Positions 39,584 through 48,518 are shown, counted from the first letter of the stretch. The stretch is 61,011 bases of DNA from an uncultured Lachnospiraceae bacterium (GCA_902790275.1 CADARM010000003.1:1-61011); one strand, 5' to 3'. Notes: a model not told the origin generated them from the letters alone. Translations and numbers: made by a program.

Positions 39584-40663
39584 TTATTGTTTCTTCTTTG
39601 ATGCGAATACCCAGGTCTGCTGGATCCTGAAACTCAAGAAGAAAAGGAAGGTGTCTACGACGATCTTGATAAGCGTATCGAAAAGGCTTCCGTCGCTTAA
39701 TTTAAAGATAATGGTCGAGAACAGATAAACAAGGCCGGTCGATGCGGCGAGCTGGCATGCACAGAGAATGTAGTATCTGAGCATTGTCCTGCCGTAGTTT
39801 TCTTTTGATTTGAAAACGACCTTTCTGTTTAATGAGAAGTTCACGAACGAACTTACAAGACGTGCGATCGCTTCCGCAAGGATGATCCTCAATTCGTTTG
39901 AAAAGCCGAGCTTTCCGAAAACGAGATTAAGTATCGTAAAGAGCGTAACATCCACGAGAGTCGAAGCAAGAGAGCTTGCGATATAGCGGATGATCACGCC
40001 GTAGATACGGATCGAGTCGCGGATCGGTCTGAAATGTGAAGTCTGATTTTCTTCTATATAAACGGTGTTGATGACCGTTTCTTTAAATTCTATACCTGCC
40101 TGCTTTACGGCGAAGAGCTGGTTTGTCTCGTATTCGTATCTGTCGCCGTCGATCTGAGTCATTAAAGGAAGATGCTCAAACGGGATCGCACGAAGGCCTG
40201 TCTGCGTATCGCTTACCTTTATTCCGCAGAGGAGTCTGAACACGGTCCTTGTGATCTTGTTTCCGAATCTCGATCTGGCGGGAACGCTTTCGTCATTGAA
40301 GTTACGTACGCCGAGTACGAAAGCGCTCGGGTTTGCTTCAAGAAGTTCGATACATTTTTTTACATCCACTGCGAGATGCTGTCCGTCGCCGTCAACTGTG
40401 ATAACGTTTGGTTTGTTGGGGCGGTTTGCAAGAATGTATTCGAACGCCGTTTTCATGGCACGTCCCTTACCGCGGTTGACTTCGTGAACGAGCACGGTCA
40501 CGCCGGGAAAAGATTTGGCTTCTTCAAAAGGAGCCTTACATTCTTCCTTGCTTCCGTCGTCAACGAGGATTATATCCTCAAAGCCGGCATCAACAAGACT
40601 CTGTACGGTCGTTATTATTTTCTCATCCGGGTTTAAACTCGGGATAATTACGGTTGCATTCAT
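39584..40663 (-). CDS. GT2 glycosyltransferase fused to a GtrA domain
   Basis: IIPSLNPD, VDDGS, NRGKG, VDGDGQH, DTQTGLR, SHFRPIRDS, then a four-TM GtrA-like C-terminus. Confidence 0.92.
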   Translation of the reverse strand: MNATVIIPSLNPDEKIITTVQSLVDAGFEDIILVDDGSKEECKAPFEEAKSFPGVTVLVHEVNRGKGRAMKTAFEYILANRPNKPNVITVDGDGQHLAVDVKKCIELLEANPSAFVLGVRNFNDESVPARSRFGNKITRTVFRLLCGIKVSDTQTGLRAIPFEHLPLMTQIDGDRYEYETNQLFAVKQAGIEFKETVINTVYIEENQTSHFRPIRDSIRIYGVIIRYIASSLASTLVDVTLFTILNLVFGKLGFSNELRIILAEAIARLVSSFVNFSLNRKVVFKSKENYGRTMLRYYILCACQLAASTGLVYLFSTIIFKLSDGSLFDTLIKIVVDTFLFFLSFRIQQTWVFASKKKQ

Positions 40664-41266
40664 TTATAAATCCTTCCGGTCAATAGTATTTTCAGGTTGT
40701 TTTTCTTCGACTTTAACTTTCTTCGGATGTTTCTCAAGCCATTTCTTTATCACGAACTCTCCGAGAAGACATGCAAGGACGCCGAGAGCCGCACCGGTGA
40801 TCGCACCTGCGATAACGTCGGTGGGATAGTGGATACCTACGTAAAGTCTTGAAAGGCTTATGAGTATTGCCACGATAAATGTCGGGATCGAGATCTTTTT
40901 GGGAAGTTTCATAAGATATACGGTTGCCGCGGCAAACGATGAACCCGTGTGCCCCGAAGGGAAAGATGCATCGTGAGCATGTTTTATGATACATTCCAGT
41001 CCTGCGATTATCTCGTACGGTCGGATACGGCCGATGATGTTCTTAAGAAGCGCGTTATTCACGATAACCGAGAAAAGAAGTGCAACAAGTGCGAAGATCC
41101 CGGCTTTTCTCGTTTTTTTGAAAACGCAGAGAAGTAATGAGAGGCCGATCCAGAAGTATCCGTTGTCTCCGAGATGGGTAATAAATTTGAAAATAACATC
41201 ACAAACAGGGTTTCTTAAAGTATCCTGAATCCACAAAAGTATTGTGGCATCGAAATTTAAAATCAT
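40664..41266 (-). CDS. PAP2-family phosphatase (possible undecaprenyl-diphosphatase)
   Basis: KNIIGRIRP, SFPSGH, SRLYVGIHYPTD. Confidence 0.93.
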   Translation of the reverse strand: MILNFDATILLWIQDTLRNPVCDVIFKFITHLGDNGYFWIGLSLLLCVFKKTRKAGIFALVALLFSVIVNNALLKNIIGRIRPYEIIAGLECIIKHAHDASFPSGHTGSSFAAATVYLMKLPKKISIPTFIVAILISLSRLYVGIHYPTDVIAGAITGAALGVLACLLGEFVIKKWLEKHPKKVKVEEKQPENTIDRKDL

Positions 41267-41413
41267 AAAATGCCTCGTTTTTTCACATAATCCAATAAAT
41301 TATATCAAAATAAGGAAACGATTACAACAGAGTCAACAAATAAGAGGCGGGCTGTGATATAATATTCAGGGGAAAAAGACTGATGTATGCAGTCTGATCA
41401 TACGGAATAAATT

Positions 41414-41936
41414 ATGAGAGTCGAATACAAAATAATCAGAAGCTCGCGAAAAACCATGGCCATCGAGATAAAGCCCGACGGCAGGGTCTATGTCAGGATC
41501 CCGAACAGGGTCAGCGACAGACAGGCCAGAAGCTTTGTCGAAAGCAAGGCTGACTGGTTAAAAAAGAACCTCGAAAAGATCGAGGAAAGGCGCGAAGCAA
41601 ACGAAGCGGTCGAAAAATTTACGGAGACCGAACTTAAGATAATAAAGAAGAAAGCAAAAAGGGAGATCCCTATACTCGTGGATTATTACGCTCCCCTGAT
41701 AGGCGTGACCTATAACCGCATTTCGATAAGGGCCCAGAGGACACTCTGGGGAAGCTGCACGGCGGACGGCAATCTTAACTTTAACTGTCTCCTCGTTCTG
41801 TCACGAACTCTGCCACCGGAAAGAGATGAATCATTCGAAGAGGTTCTGGAGTGAAGTTTCAAAGATACTTCCTGATTACAAAGAACTCAGAAAACAGTTA
41901 AAAGACAACGGAAACATTTACCTCGAAAGACTGTAA
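41414..41936 (+). pseudogene. M48/YgjP (SprT-like) metallopeptidase split by a deletion-frameshift near 41800
   Basis: First frame reads ...WGSCTADGNLNFNCLLVL; HELCHRKEMNHSKRFW...YLERL* continues in the +1 frame (41802-41936); the usual linker before HExxH is missing. Confidence 0.85.
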
Positions 41937-42055
41937 AAAAGACTAAAGAATGACAAATATCGGCATTTTTAAGGTAGCGATCATCAAAAATACTGAAAAA
42001 TCACTATATTATGTGGTAAAAGTATGAAAAAATACGCATATTTAGGCATTTTTCC

Positions 42056-42084
42056 TTGACAAATGGCCGAAAAAACACTATAAA
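42056..42084 (+). promoter_or_regulatory. sigma-A promoter of hup
   Basis: TTGACA-17 nt-TATAAA. Confidence 0.6.
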
Positions 42085-42144
42085 TAGTATAGTGCTAGAT
42101 GAAGCACACAAATAATGTAAAAAATGGTATAGGAGGAGTTCATA

Positions 42145-42429
42145 ATGAACAAGACAGAATTAGTTGCAGCTATGGCTGACAAGGCTGGTTTATCAAAGAA
42201 AGATGCTGATAAGGCTCTCGCTGCTTTTATCGACGTAGTTGGTACAGAGTTAACAAAGAAGGGTGGAAAGGTTCAGTTAGTTGGATTCGGTACATTCGAA
42301 GTTGCTGAAAGAGCTGCCAGAACAGGTCTTAATCCTTTAACAAAAGAAAAGATCAAAATCAAAGCTTCCAAGGCTCCTAAGTTCAAAGCTGGTAAGGCTT
42401 TAAAGGACAAAGTAAACAAGAAGAAATAA
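42145..42429 (+). CDS. hup: DNA-binding protein HU
   Basis: MNKTELVAA, VQLVGFGTF, RAARTGLNP, PKFKAGKALKD. Confidence 0.98.
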   Translation: MNKTELVAAMADKAGLSKKDADKALAAFIDVVGTELTKKGGKVQLVGFGTFEVAERAARTGLNPLTKEKIKIKASKAPKFKAGKALKDKVNKKK

Positions 42430-42447
42430 TTAACATTTCTACTATAG

Positions 42448-42478
42448 AAGGACAGCTTTTCGAAGCTGTCCTTTTTTT
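42448..42478 (+). terminator. Intrinsic terminator after hup
   Basis: AAGGACAGCTT-ttcg-AAGCTGTCCTT plus T run. Confidence 0.88.
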
Positions 42479-42494
42479 GCACAGAGGAAACATT

Positions 42495-42734
42495 ATGAGA
42501 CTCGACAAATATTTAAAAATATCCAGACTTATAAAAAGAAGAACGGTCGCAAACGAGGCATGCGATGCCGGAAGGGTTACCGTTAACGACAAGGTTGCAA
42601 AGGCATCGACGGATGTTAATGTCGGCGATGTGATCGGGATAAAATTCGGTGAGAAAACCGTCACTGTAAAAGTTTTAAGCTTAAACGAGACGATCCATAA
42701 GGAAGATGCCAAAGATATGTATGAACTTATGTAA
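42495..42734 (+). CDS. yabO: S4-domain protein YabO/RqcP (Hsp15-like)
   Basis: MRLDKYLKISRLIKRRTVANEACDAGRV; start at ATG 42495 behind GAGG. Confidence 0.95.
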   Translation: MRLDKYLKISRLIKRRTVANEACDAGRVTVNDKVAKASTDVNVGDVIGIKFGEKTVTVKVLSLNETIHKEDAKDMYELM

Positions 42735-42878
42735 CCTCATACCATATTTTGAGGTTAACATAAGACCACGATGCAATTTTAATAATACATGCCGGAAATG
42801 CCCGTAAAATCTACACAAAACGAATGTTCGATTTAAAAAATTTTTTTGAAAAAGGTTACATAATTTGCCAAAAAACAT

Positions 42879-42907
42879 TTGACAGAGAATTCCGAAAACA
42901 GTAAACT
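42879..42907 (+). promoter_or_regulatory. sigma-A promoter of the divIC-like gene
   Basis: TTGACA-17 nt-TAAACT. Confidence 0.6.
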
Positions 42908-42976
42908 ATTTATGTCAACTGTGGTGGACATGGATGTTTATTCGGTTGATATATTTGGTTTACAGGGGATAATCTG

Positions 42977-43294
42977 ATGAAGTGGTGGCATGTGCCGGCG
43001 TACAGAATTCAAAAATTTAAGAAGAGTTCTCTGATCACTCCTATAGTGGTTTTATTTTTGATAATAGCTATGGTCGGTGCGGTAAGCATAGGATGTGCTT
43101 CCTTAAGAAACAGACAGAGAGCATATGACGCCGAGATAGAAAAATATCAGAACCTCATAGCAGCCGAGGAACTTCGAAGCGATGAGATCGCGGAGTACGC
43201 AATGTACACTAAGACAACGGCTTACTACGAAGAGGTTGCGAGAGAAAAATACAGACTGGTTCACGATAACGAAATATTGTTTGTTACACAGTAA
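42977..43294 (+). CDS. divIC: Septum formation initiator DivIC/FtsB family
   Basis: TM, coiled coil, YYEEVAREKYRLVHDNEILF; position upstream of tilS. Confidence 0.82.
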   Translation: MKWWHVPAYRIQKFKKSSLITPIVVLFLIIAMVGAVSIGCASLRNRQRAYDAEIEKYQNLIAAEELRSDEIAEYAMYTKTTAYYEEVAREKYRLVHDNEILFVTQ

Positions 43295-43302
43295 AGCTTA
43301 AT

Positions 43303-43333
43303 GGGGCAGTTCAAAATGAATTGCCTCTTTTTT
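43303..43333 (+). terminator. Intrinsic terminator after divIC
   Basis: GGGGCAGTTCA-aaa-TGAATTGCCTC plus T run. Confidence 0.78.
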
Positions 43334-43406
43334 ATTCGTAAGGATTTGTTTATTGACTGAATTGCCGGATTGCAGAAAGCGTTAGTTTTCGCTAATATAG
43401 ATACAT

Positions 43407-44744
43407 ATGAAAGCAGTGCGTGAATATATAAAAAAGAATGAACTCCTGTCGCGTGGCGACAATCTGATCCTCGGCGTTTCCGGCGGGGCTGATTCGGTTT
43501 GTCTTCTTTATATAATGAACGGACTGAAAAAAGAGTATGACTTAAAGATCACCGCGGTCCATATAAATCATATGATAAGGGAGACCGCAGTAAGGGACGA
43601 GGAGTTCGTAAAAAAACTCTGCACCGGACTCGGTGTTGAATGTATTGCCTTTAAGGCTGACTGCCCCGCTGTTTCAAAAAGAGACGGCATTTCCTTAGAG
43701 GAAGCGGGCCGAAACGAAAGATACAGACTTTTTAAGAAGGCCGGCGACGAAACATACGGTGAGGGAAACTATAAGATCGCGGTCGCACACCATATGGACG
43801 ATCTTGCGGAAACGCTTATCTTTAATATGGCAAGAGGCACCGGTATCGCAGGACTCTCTTCTGTCAAAGCCGCAAAAGACAATATAATAAGGCCTCTTCT
43901 TTGTGTCACAAGGGCGCAGATCGAGGATCATTTAAAAGAAAAAGGTATCCCGCATGTTGATGATGAGACCAATTTTACGGATGATTACGCAAGAAACAAG
44001 ATCCGACACAAGATCATCCCGACGATGAACGACATTACGGAAAAGGCCGTAAATCATATGGCATCCTGTGCCGGTCAGCTTGCGGAGATCGAGGATTATT
44101 TAAAGATAAAGACGGATGAGCTCTGGGAAAAGTACGTTTGTGAAAAAGACGGGCGCATCCTTATAAAAGAAGGTATCAAAAACGAGCACCCGGCTCTTTT
44201 AAAAAGAGTTGTGCACCGGGCTTTAACGAAGGCTGCGGGAAGAGCGAGGGATATTTCCGGGGTCCAGATCGAGGCGGTTCTTTTTCTTTTCGACTCACAG
44301 ACAGGGCGTAAAAGAGACCTTATCTACAATATGGAAGCGCTTCGCGAATACGAAGGAGTATCCGTTATAATGAAGAGTGAGGAAAAGGAAAGCCTTAAAG
44401 AAGAGAAACTCGGGAAACTGACTTTTGAGGTTAAGGACAGAGACTTTTCACAAAATATTCCCACGGATCTGTACACTAAATGGTTTGACTATGATAAAAT
44501 AAAATATTGTCCGACAGTGCGTTTCAGACAGGACGGCGATTATCTGACGATAAACAAAGACGATCAGAAAAAGCTTTTGTCTGATTACATGACCAACGAA
44601 AAGATACCGCTTTCGGAAAGAGACGAAATACCGCTTCTCGCCGACGGTGAGCATGTTTTATGGGTGGTCGGACACAGGATTAGCAACTACTATAAGGTAG
44701 GAAGCGAAACGAAAAAAGTATTGATAGCTAAGTATTGCGTGTAG
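43407..44744 (+). CDS. tilS: tRNA(Ile)-lysidine synthase
   Basis: GVSGGADS PP-loop, AHHMDDLAET, IIRPLL, DETN, YARNKIRH. Confidence 0.97.
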   Translation: MKAVREYIKKNELLSRGDNLILGVSGGADSVCLLYIMNGLKKEYDLKITAVHINHMIRETAVRDEEFVKKLCTGLGVECIAFKADCPAVSKRDGISLEEAGRNERYRLFKKAGDETYGEGNYKIAVAHHMDDLAETLIFNMARGTGIAGLSSVKAAKDNIIRPLLCVTRAQIEDHLKEKGIPHVDDETNFTDDYARNKIRHKIIPTMNDITEKAVNHMASCAGQLAEIEDYLKIKTDELWEKYVCEKDGRILIKEGIKNEHPALLKRVVHRALTKAAGRARDISGVQIEAVLFLFDSQTGRKRDLIYNMEALREYEGVSVIMKSEEKESLKEEKLGKLTFEVKDRDFSQNIPTDLYTKWFDYDKIKYCPTVRFRQDGDYLTINKDDQKKLLSDYMTNEKIPLSERDEIPLLADGEHVLWVVGHRISNYYKVGSETKKVLIAKYCV

Positions 44745-44780
44745 AGCCTCGGATCGCAAAAGGCTCTAAAGGAGTTTTGT

Positions 44781-45317
44781 ATGGAGAAAATATCGGTAAT
44801 GATTTCCGAAGAGGAAGTCAATAAAAGGATCCGTGAGATCGGAGAACAGATCACAAAGGATTATGCGGGAAAAGACATTCTTCTTATCTGCATCTTAAGA
44901 GGCGGAAGCTTCTTTATGTGTGAACTCGCAAAGAGAATAGACCTTGGCGTAAAGATAGACTTCATGTCGGTCTCAAGCTACGGCAAGGGAACGGAATCGA
45001 GCGGTCACATCAAGATCATCAAAGACCTTGAGGAAGAGATCGAAGGAAAGAATGTTATCGTGGTTGAAGATATCATCGATTCGGGAAGAACTTTAAGTCA
45101 CCTTATGGATCTTTTGAAATCGAGACAGCCCGCAAGTCTTGCACTCTGCACACTTCTCGACAAGCCCGACAGAAGAGTCGTAGAAGTTCCGGTTGATTAC
45201 ACGGGATTCAAGATCCCCGATTATTTTGTAGTCGGATACGGACTCGACTACGATCAGAGATACAGAAACCTTCCTTTTATAGGAAAGGTTGAGATTGACA
45301 ACGAAGTACTTAAATAA
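44781..45317 (+). CDS. hpt: Hypoxanthine phosphoribosyltransferase
   Basis: VVEDIIDSGRTL, FVVGYGLDY, YRNLPFIG. Confidence 0.98.
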   Translation: MEKISVMISEEEVNKRIREIGEQITKDYAGKDILLICILRGGSFFMCELAKRIDLGVKIDFMSVSSYGKGTESSGHIKIIKDLEEEIEGKNVIVVEDIIDSGRTLSHLMDLLKSRQPASLALCTLLDKPDRRVVEVPVDYTGFKIPDYFVVGYGLDYDQRYRNLPFIGKVEIDNEVLK

Positions 45318-45335
45318 TTTTTTTAGGAGGCATCA

Positions 45336-47189
45336 GTGAACAACAACAGAGGACCGAGACTTTTCGGTGCATTGGTACTGATAGCGGTTTTATTGATAAT
45401 CGGAATCTTTATTTCCAGATTGGATACCAACGCCCTTATGGGTATAAAGCCGTACACCAGGGGAATGCTCGAAAAACAGCTTGAAGAAAATATGGTTATG
45501 AGTGCTCAGATCGAGCAGAAACTCAATTCCAACGGCGGTTCGGTATATGTTACGTTAAAGGACGGACAGGAAAAAGTATTAAACGTAACCAATACCGCAG
45601 AAGCGGAAGAATGGATCAGAAGCTACGGAATAGACCCTTCGGTAAGCGAAGTACCCGGAGAAAACTGGTTTATCTCACTTCTCCCCACCATCATTATGGC
45701 AGTTGTCTGCGTATTCTTCTTCGTGATCATGCTTAACATGATGTCGGGAATATCCGGAGGAGGAAGCGGCGGAAAGCTTATGGATTTCGGCAAGAGCCGT
45801 GCCAAAATGATCAAAGACAATCACAAGAGACTTACGGACGTAGCCGGACTTGATGAAGAAAAAGAAGACTTAAGCGAAATAGTCGATTTCTTAAAGAACC
45901 CCGGAAAATACGCAAAGATGGGTGCAAGGATCCCCAAAGGTATCCTTCTTGAGGGCCCTCCCGGAACAGGTAAGACTCTCCTTGCAAAAGCCATCGCAGG
46001 CGAAGCAGGAGTGCCTTTCTACAGCATTTCGGGTTCCGATTTCGTGGAAATGTTCGTCGGTGTCGGCGCATCCAGAGTAAGAGACCTTTTCGAAGAAGCA
46101 AATGCAAACAAGCCCTGTATCGTATTTATCGATGAGATCGATGCCGTTGCAAGACGAAGAGGTACAGGTATGGGCGGCGGTCATGACGAAAGAGAGCAGA
46201 CATTGAACCAGATGCTCGTTGAAATGGACGGTTTCTCGGAAAACAGCGGTATCATCGTGCTCGCAGCCACCAACCGTGTGGACATCCTCGATCCCGCGAT
46301 CCTTCGTCCCGGACGTTTTGACAGAAAGATCATGGTCGGAAGACCTGACGTTAAGGGAAGAAAAGAGATCCTTGAAGTTCATTCAAAGAACAAAAACCTT
46401 GGCAGCGACGTAAACCTTGACGAGATCGCAAGGACCACAGCAGGCTACACAGGTGCAGACCTTGAAAACCTTTTGAACGAATCAGCCATCATCGCTACAA
46501 AGCGTGATGCCGCATATATCAATGATGAAGATATAAAGAAAGCCATCATCAAGACAGGTATCGGTACCGAGAAAAAGAGCAAGATCGTATCCGAAAAGGA
46601 AAAGAAGATCACCGCTTATCACGAGACCGGCCATGCGATACTTTTCCACGTGCTTCCCGATATGGATCCCGTTTACACGATATCCATCATCCCTACGGGT
46701 GTTTCGGCAGCAGGTTATACAATGCCCCTTCCCGAGAATGACGATATGTTCTCCACAAAGGGCAAGATGAAACACAGGATCATGGTCTCTTTGGGCGGCC
46801 GAATCGCAGAGTCCATTATCTTTGAAGACATCACGACCGGCGCTTCGAGTGATATCCAGAAAGCCACAGAGATCGCAAGAAGCATGGTAGTAAGATACGG
46901 TATGTCCGAAAAGCTCGGAATGATCAATTACGAGAACGACGGTGACGAAGTATTCATCGGAAGGGATCTCGCACATACCAAGGCTTACAGCGACAAGACG
47001 GCTGCGGCTATCGACGAGGAAGTAAGAGCTATCATCGACGAATGCTATAAGGAAGCCGAGAAGATTTTGAGAGAACACGAAAAAGTTCTTCACGAAGTTT
47101 CGAAACTTCTCATCGAAAAAGAGAGAATTACAAGAGAAGAATTCGAAAAAACCTTCGAAAATGCAATGAATCCTGCAATTACTTGGTAA
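45336..47189 (+). CDS. ftsH: ATP-dependent zinc metalloprotease FtsH
   Basis: GTG start behind AGGAGG; two TMs, [26 protein letters not shown]. Confidence 0.98.
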   Translation: MNNNRGPRLFGALVLIAVLLIIGIFISRLDTNALMGIKPYTRGMLEKQLEENMVMSAQIEQKLNSNGGSVYVTLKDGQEKVLNVTNTAEAEEWIRSYGIDPSVSEVPGENWFISLLPTIIMAVVCVFFFVIMLNMMSGISGGGSGGKLMDFGKSRAKMIKDNHKRLTDVAGLDEEKEDLSEIVDFLKNPGKYAKMGARIPKGILLEGPPGTGKTLLAKAIAGEAGVPFYSISGSDFVEMFVGVGASRVRDLFEEANANKPCIVFIDEIDAVARRRGTGMGGGHDEREQTLNQMLVEMDGFSENSGIIVLAATNRVDILDPAILRPGRFDRKIMVGRPDVKGRKEILEVHSKNKNLGSDVNLDEIARTTAGYTGADLENLLNESAIIATKRDAAYINDEDIKKAIIKTGIGTEKKSKIVSEKEKKITAYHETGHAILFHVLPDMDPVYTISIIPTGVSAAGYTMPLPENDDMFSTKGKMKHRIMVSLGGRIAESIIFEDITTGASSDIQKATEIARSMVVRYGMSEKLGMINYENDGDEVFIGRDLAHTKAYSDKTAAAIDEEVRAIIDECYKEAEKILREHEKVLHEVSKLLIEKERITREEFEKTFENAMNPAITW

Positions 47190-47240
47190 TATTGCACAAA
47201 AGAATTGCAAATTCATTGACAAATTTGTGAATTTCGCGGA

Positions 47241-47269
47241 TTGCAATAAAATGGGGGTGTTGGTATATT
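47241..47269 (+). promoter_or_regulatory. sigma-A promoter of the candidate sRNA
   Basis: TTGCAA-17 nt-TATATT with TGn extended -10. Confidence 0.6.
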
Positions 47270-47276
47270 ATTACTT

Positions 47277-47368
47277 GTAACCCCCCAATACATTATAGTT
47301 TTTTGCTATACCCCATAAGAAGAAATACCTTCTCTAAAAAGGACAGATCAGTAATGACTGTCTTTTTT
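47277..47368 (+). ncRNA. Candidate ~90-nt small RNA with three C-rich single-stranded motifs
   Basis: Own promoter; AACCCCCCAA, TACCCCAT, TACCTTCTCT motifs; small TATAG/CTATA hairpin; terminator GGACAG(A)TCA-gtaa-TGACTGTC-T6 (47336-47368); no RBS-led ORF. Confidence 0.55.
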
Positions 47369-47421
47369 ACGTTTATGGGCCTTTTTTTATTTTTCAGACG
47401 TTATTTCAAACATTGTCAATG

Positions 47422-47450
47422 TCGACAAAAATCCCTTTTACAGATATAAT
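47422..47450 (+). promoter_or_regulatory. sigma-A promoter of the ribozyme-nagB transcript
   Basis: TCGACA-17 nt-TATAAT; predicted start near 47457. Confidence 0.7.
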
Positions 47451-47493
47451 GGAAAAGTAAAACTACGCTTCTTGGGAGGAAAGAAGCGTTTTT

Positions 47494-47626
47494 AGCGCCG
47501 GGCCCGTAAAGGGTGACGAGGCTGGCAGTTATCGAAAGATTCGGCGGGTGCTGTCACGGCTGAAATGTCGTAAGAGAGAAAGTAAAAAGCAGAATCAAAA
47601 CTGTAACAGAGGTTCTCTCAAATTTA
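47494..47626 (+). ncRNA. glmS ribozyme (GlcN6P-activated self-cleaving riboswitch)
   Basis: Cleavage motif A/GCGCC (47494-47499); P1 GCCC/GGGT; GACGAGG; P2 TGGCAG/CTGTCA; TTATCGAA...TCGGCGG core; P3 CGGC/GTCG; P4 GAGAGAA/TTCTCTC with A-rich internal loop; P4.1 GCAG/CTGT. Confidence 0.93.
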
Positions 47627-47667
47627 AGGAAGAAAAATTAAGGAAGATTTTTAAGGAGAATTAAATA

Positions 47668-48459
47668 ATGAGAGTAGTAATTCAGGATAATTACGAAAAG
47701 ATGTGTAAATGGGCAGCAAATTACATTGCAGCCAAGATCAACGCACACAAGGAAGCAAGACCCTTTGTACTGGGACTCCCCACAGGTTCATCACCTATCG
47801 GGGTTTATAAGGAGCTTGTCAGAATGAACAAGGCGGGAGAAGTATCTTTCGCAAACGTTGTAACTTTCAATATGGATGAGTATTTAGGACTTCCCAGAGA
47901 GCATGACCAGAGCTACTGGTACTTCATGCACGACAATCTTTTCAACCATCTTGTTGATATGAAGCCCGAAAACATCAATATCTTAAACGGTATGACAGAC
48001 AATCCCGAAGAGGAATGCGCCAATTATGAAAAGAAGATCGCATCATATGGCGGAATCGACCTTTTCATGGGCGGTATCGGTGTTGACGGCCATCTTGCAT
48101 TCAACGAACCTTACACATCACTCGCATCACGTACGGGTGTCAGAGATCTTACAACAGACACACGTATCGTAAACTCCAGATTCTTCGGAAACGATCCCGA
48201 GAAAGTTCCCGCACAGGCACTTTCCGTAGGTATCGGAACCGTAACGGATTCAAAGGAAGTTCTGGTACTTATTTCCGGTCACAACAAAGCAAGGGCACTT
48301 GCTGCCACAGTTGAAGGCGGAGTAAGCCAGAAGTGGACCTGTTCTGCACTTCAGCTTCACAATGCGGCTATCATTGCCTGCGACGAAGAAGCTTGCGGCG
48401 AGATCACGGTCGACACATACAAGTATTTCCTCGATATCGAAAAGAAGGAAAGACTTTAA
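47668..48459 (+). CDS. nagB: Glucosamine-6-phosphate deaminase
   Basis: VLGLPTGSSP, TFNMDEY, GGIGVDGHLAFNEP, NSRFF, ALSVGIGT, SALQLH; AAGGAG RBS. Confidence 0.97.
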   Translation: MRVVIQDNYEKMCKWAANYIAAKINAHKEARPFVLGLPTGSSPIGVYKELVRMNKAGEVSFANVVTFNMDEYLGLPREHDQSYWYFMHDNLFNHLVDMKPENINILNGMTDNPEEECANYEKKIASYGGIDLFMGGIGVDGHLAFNEPYTSLASRTGVRDLTTDTRIVNSRFFGNDPEKVPAQALSVGIGTVTDSKEVLVLISGHNKARALAATVEGGVSQKWTCSALQLHNAAIIACDEEACGEITVDTYKYFLDIEKKERL

Positions 48460-48480
48460 TTTTATAAGAAAAAAGATCAA

Positions 48481-48518
48481 GATCGGCGGAGGATCGCGTA
48501 TCCTTCGCCGGTTTTTTT
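48481..48518 (+). terminator. Intrinsic terminator after nagB
   Basis: ATCGGCGGAGGAT-cgcgt-ATCCTTCGCCGGT plus T run. Confidence 0.85.

Noticed and set aside
42818-42829. LexA-like box (GAAC-ATTC-GTTT on the - strand) upstream of divIC
   Set aside because: Single short match about 50 bp upstream of the -35; could arise by chance.
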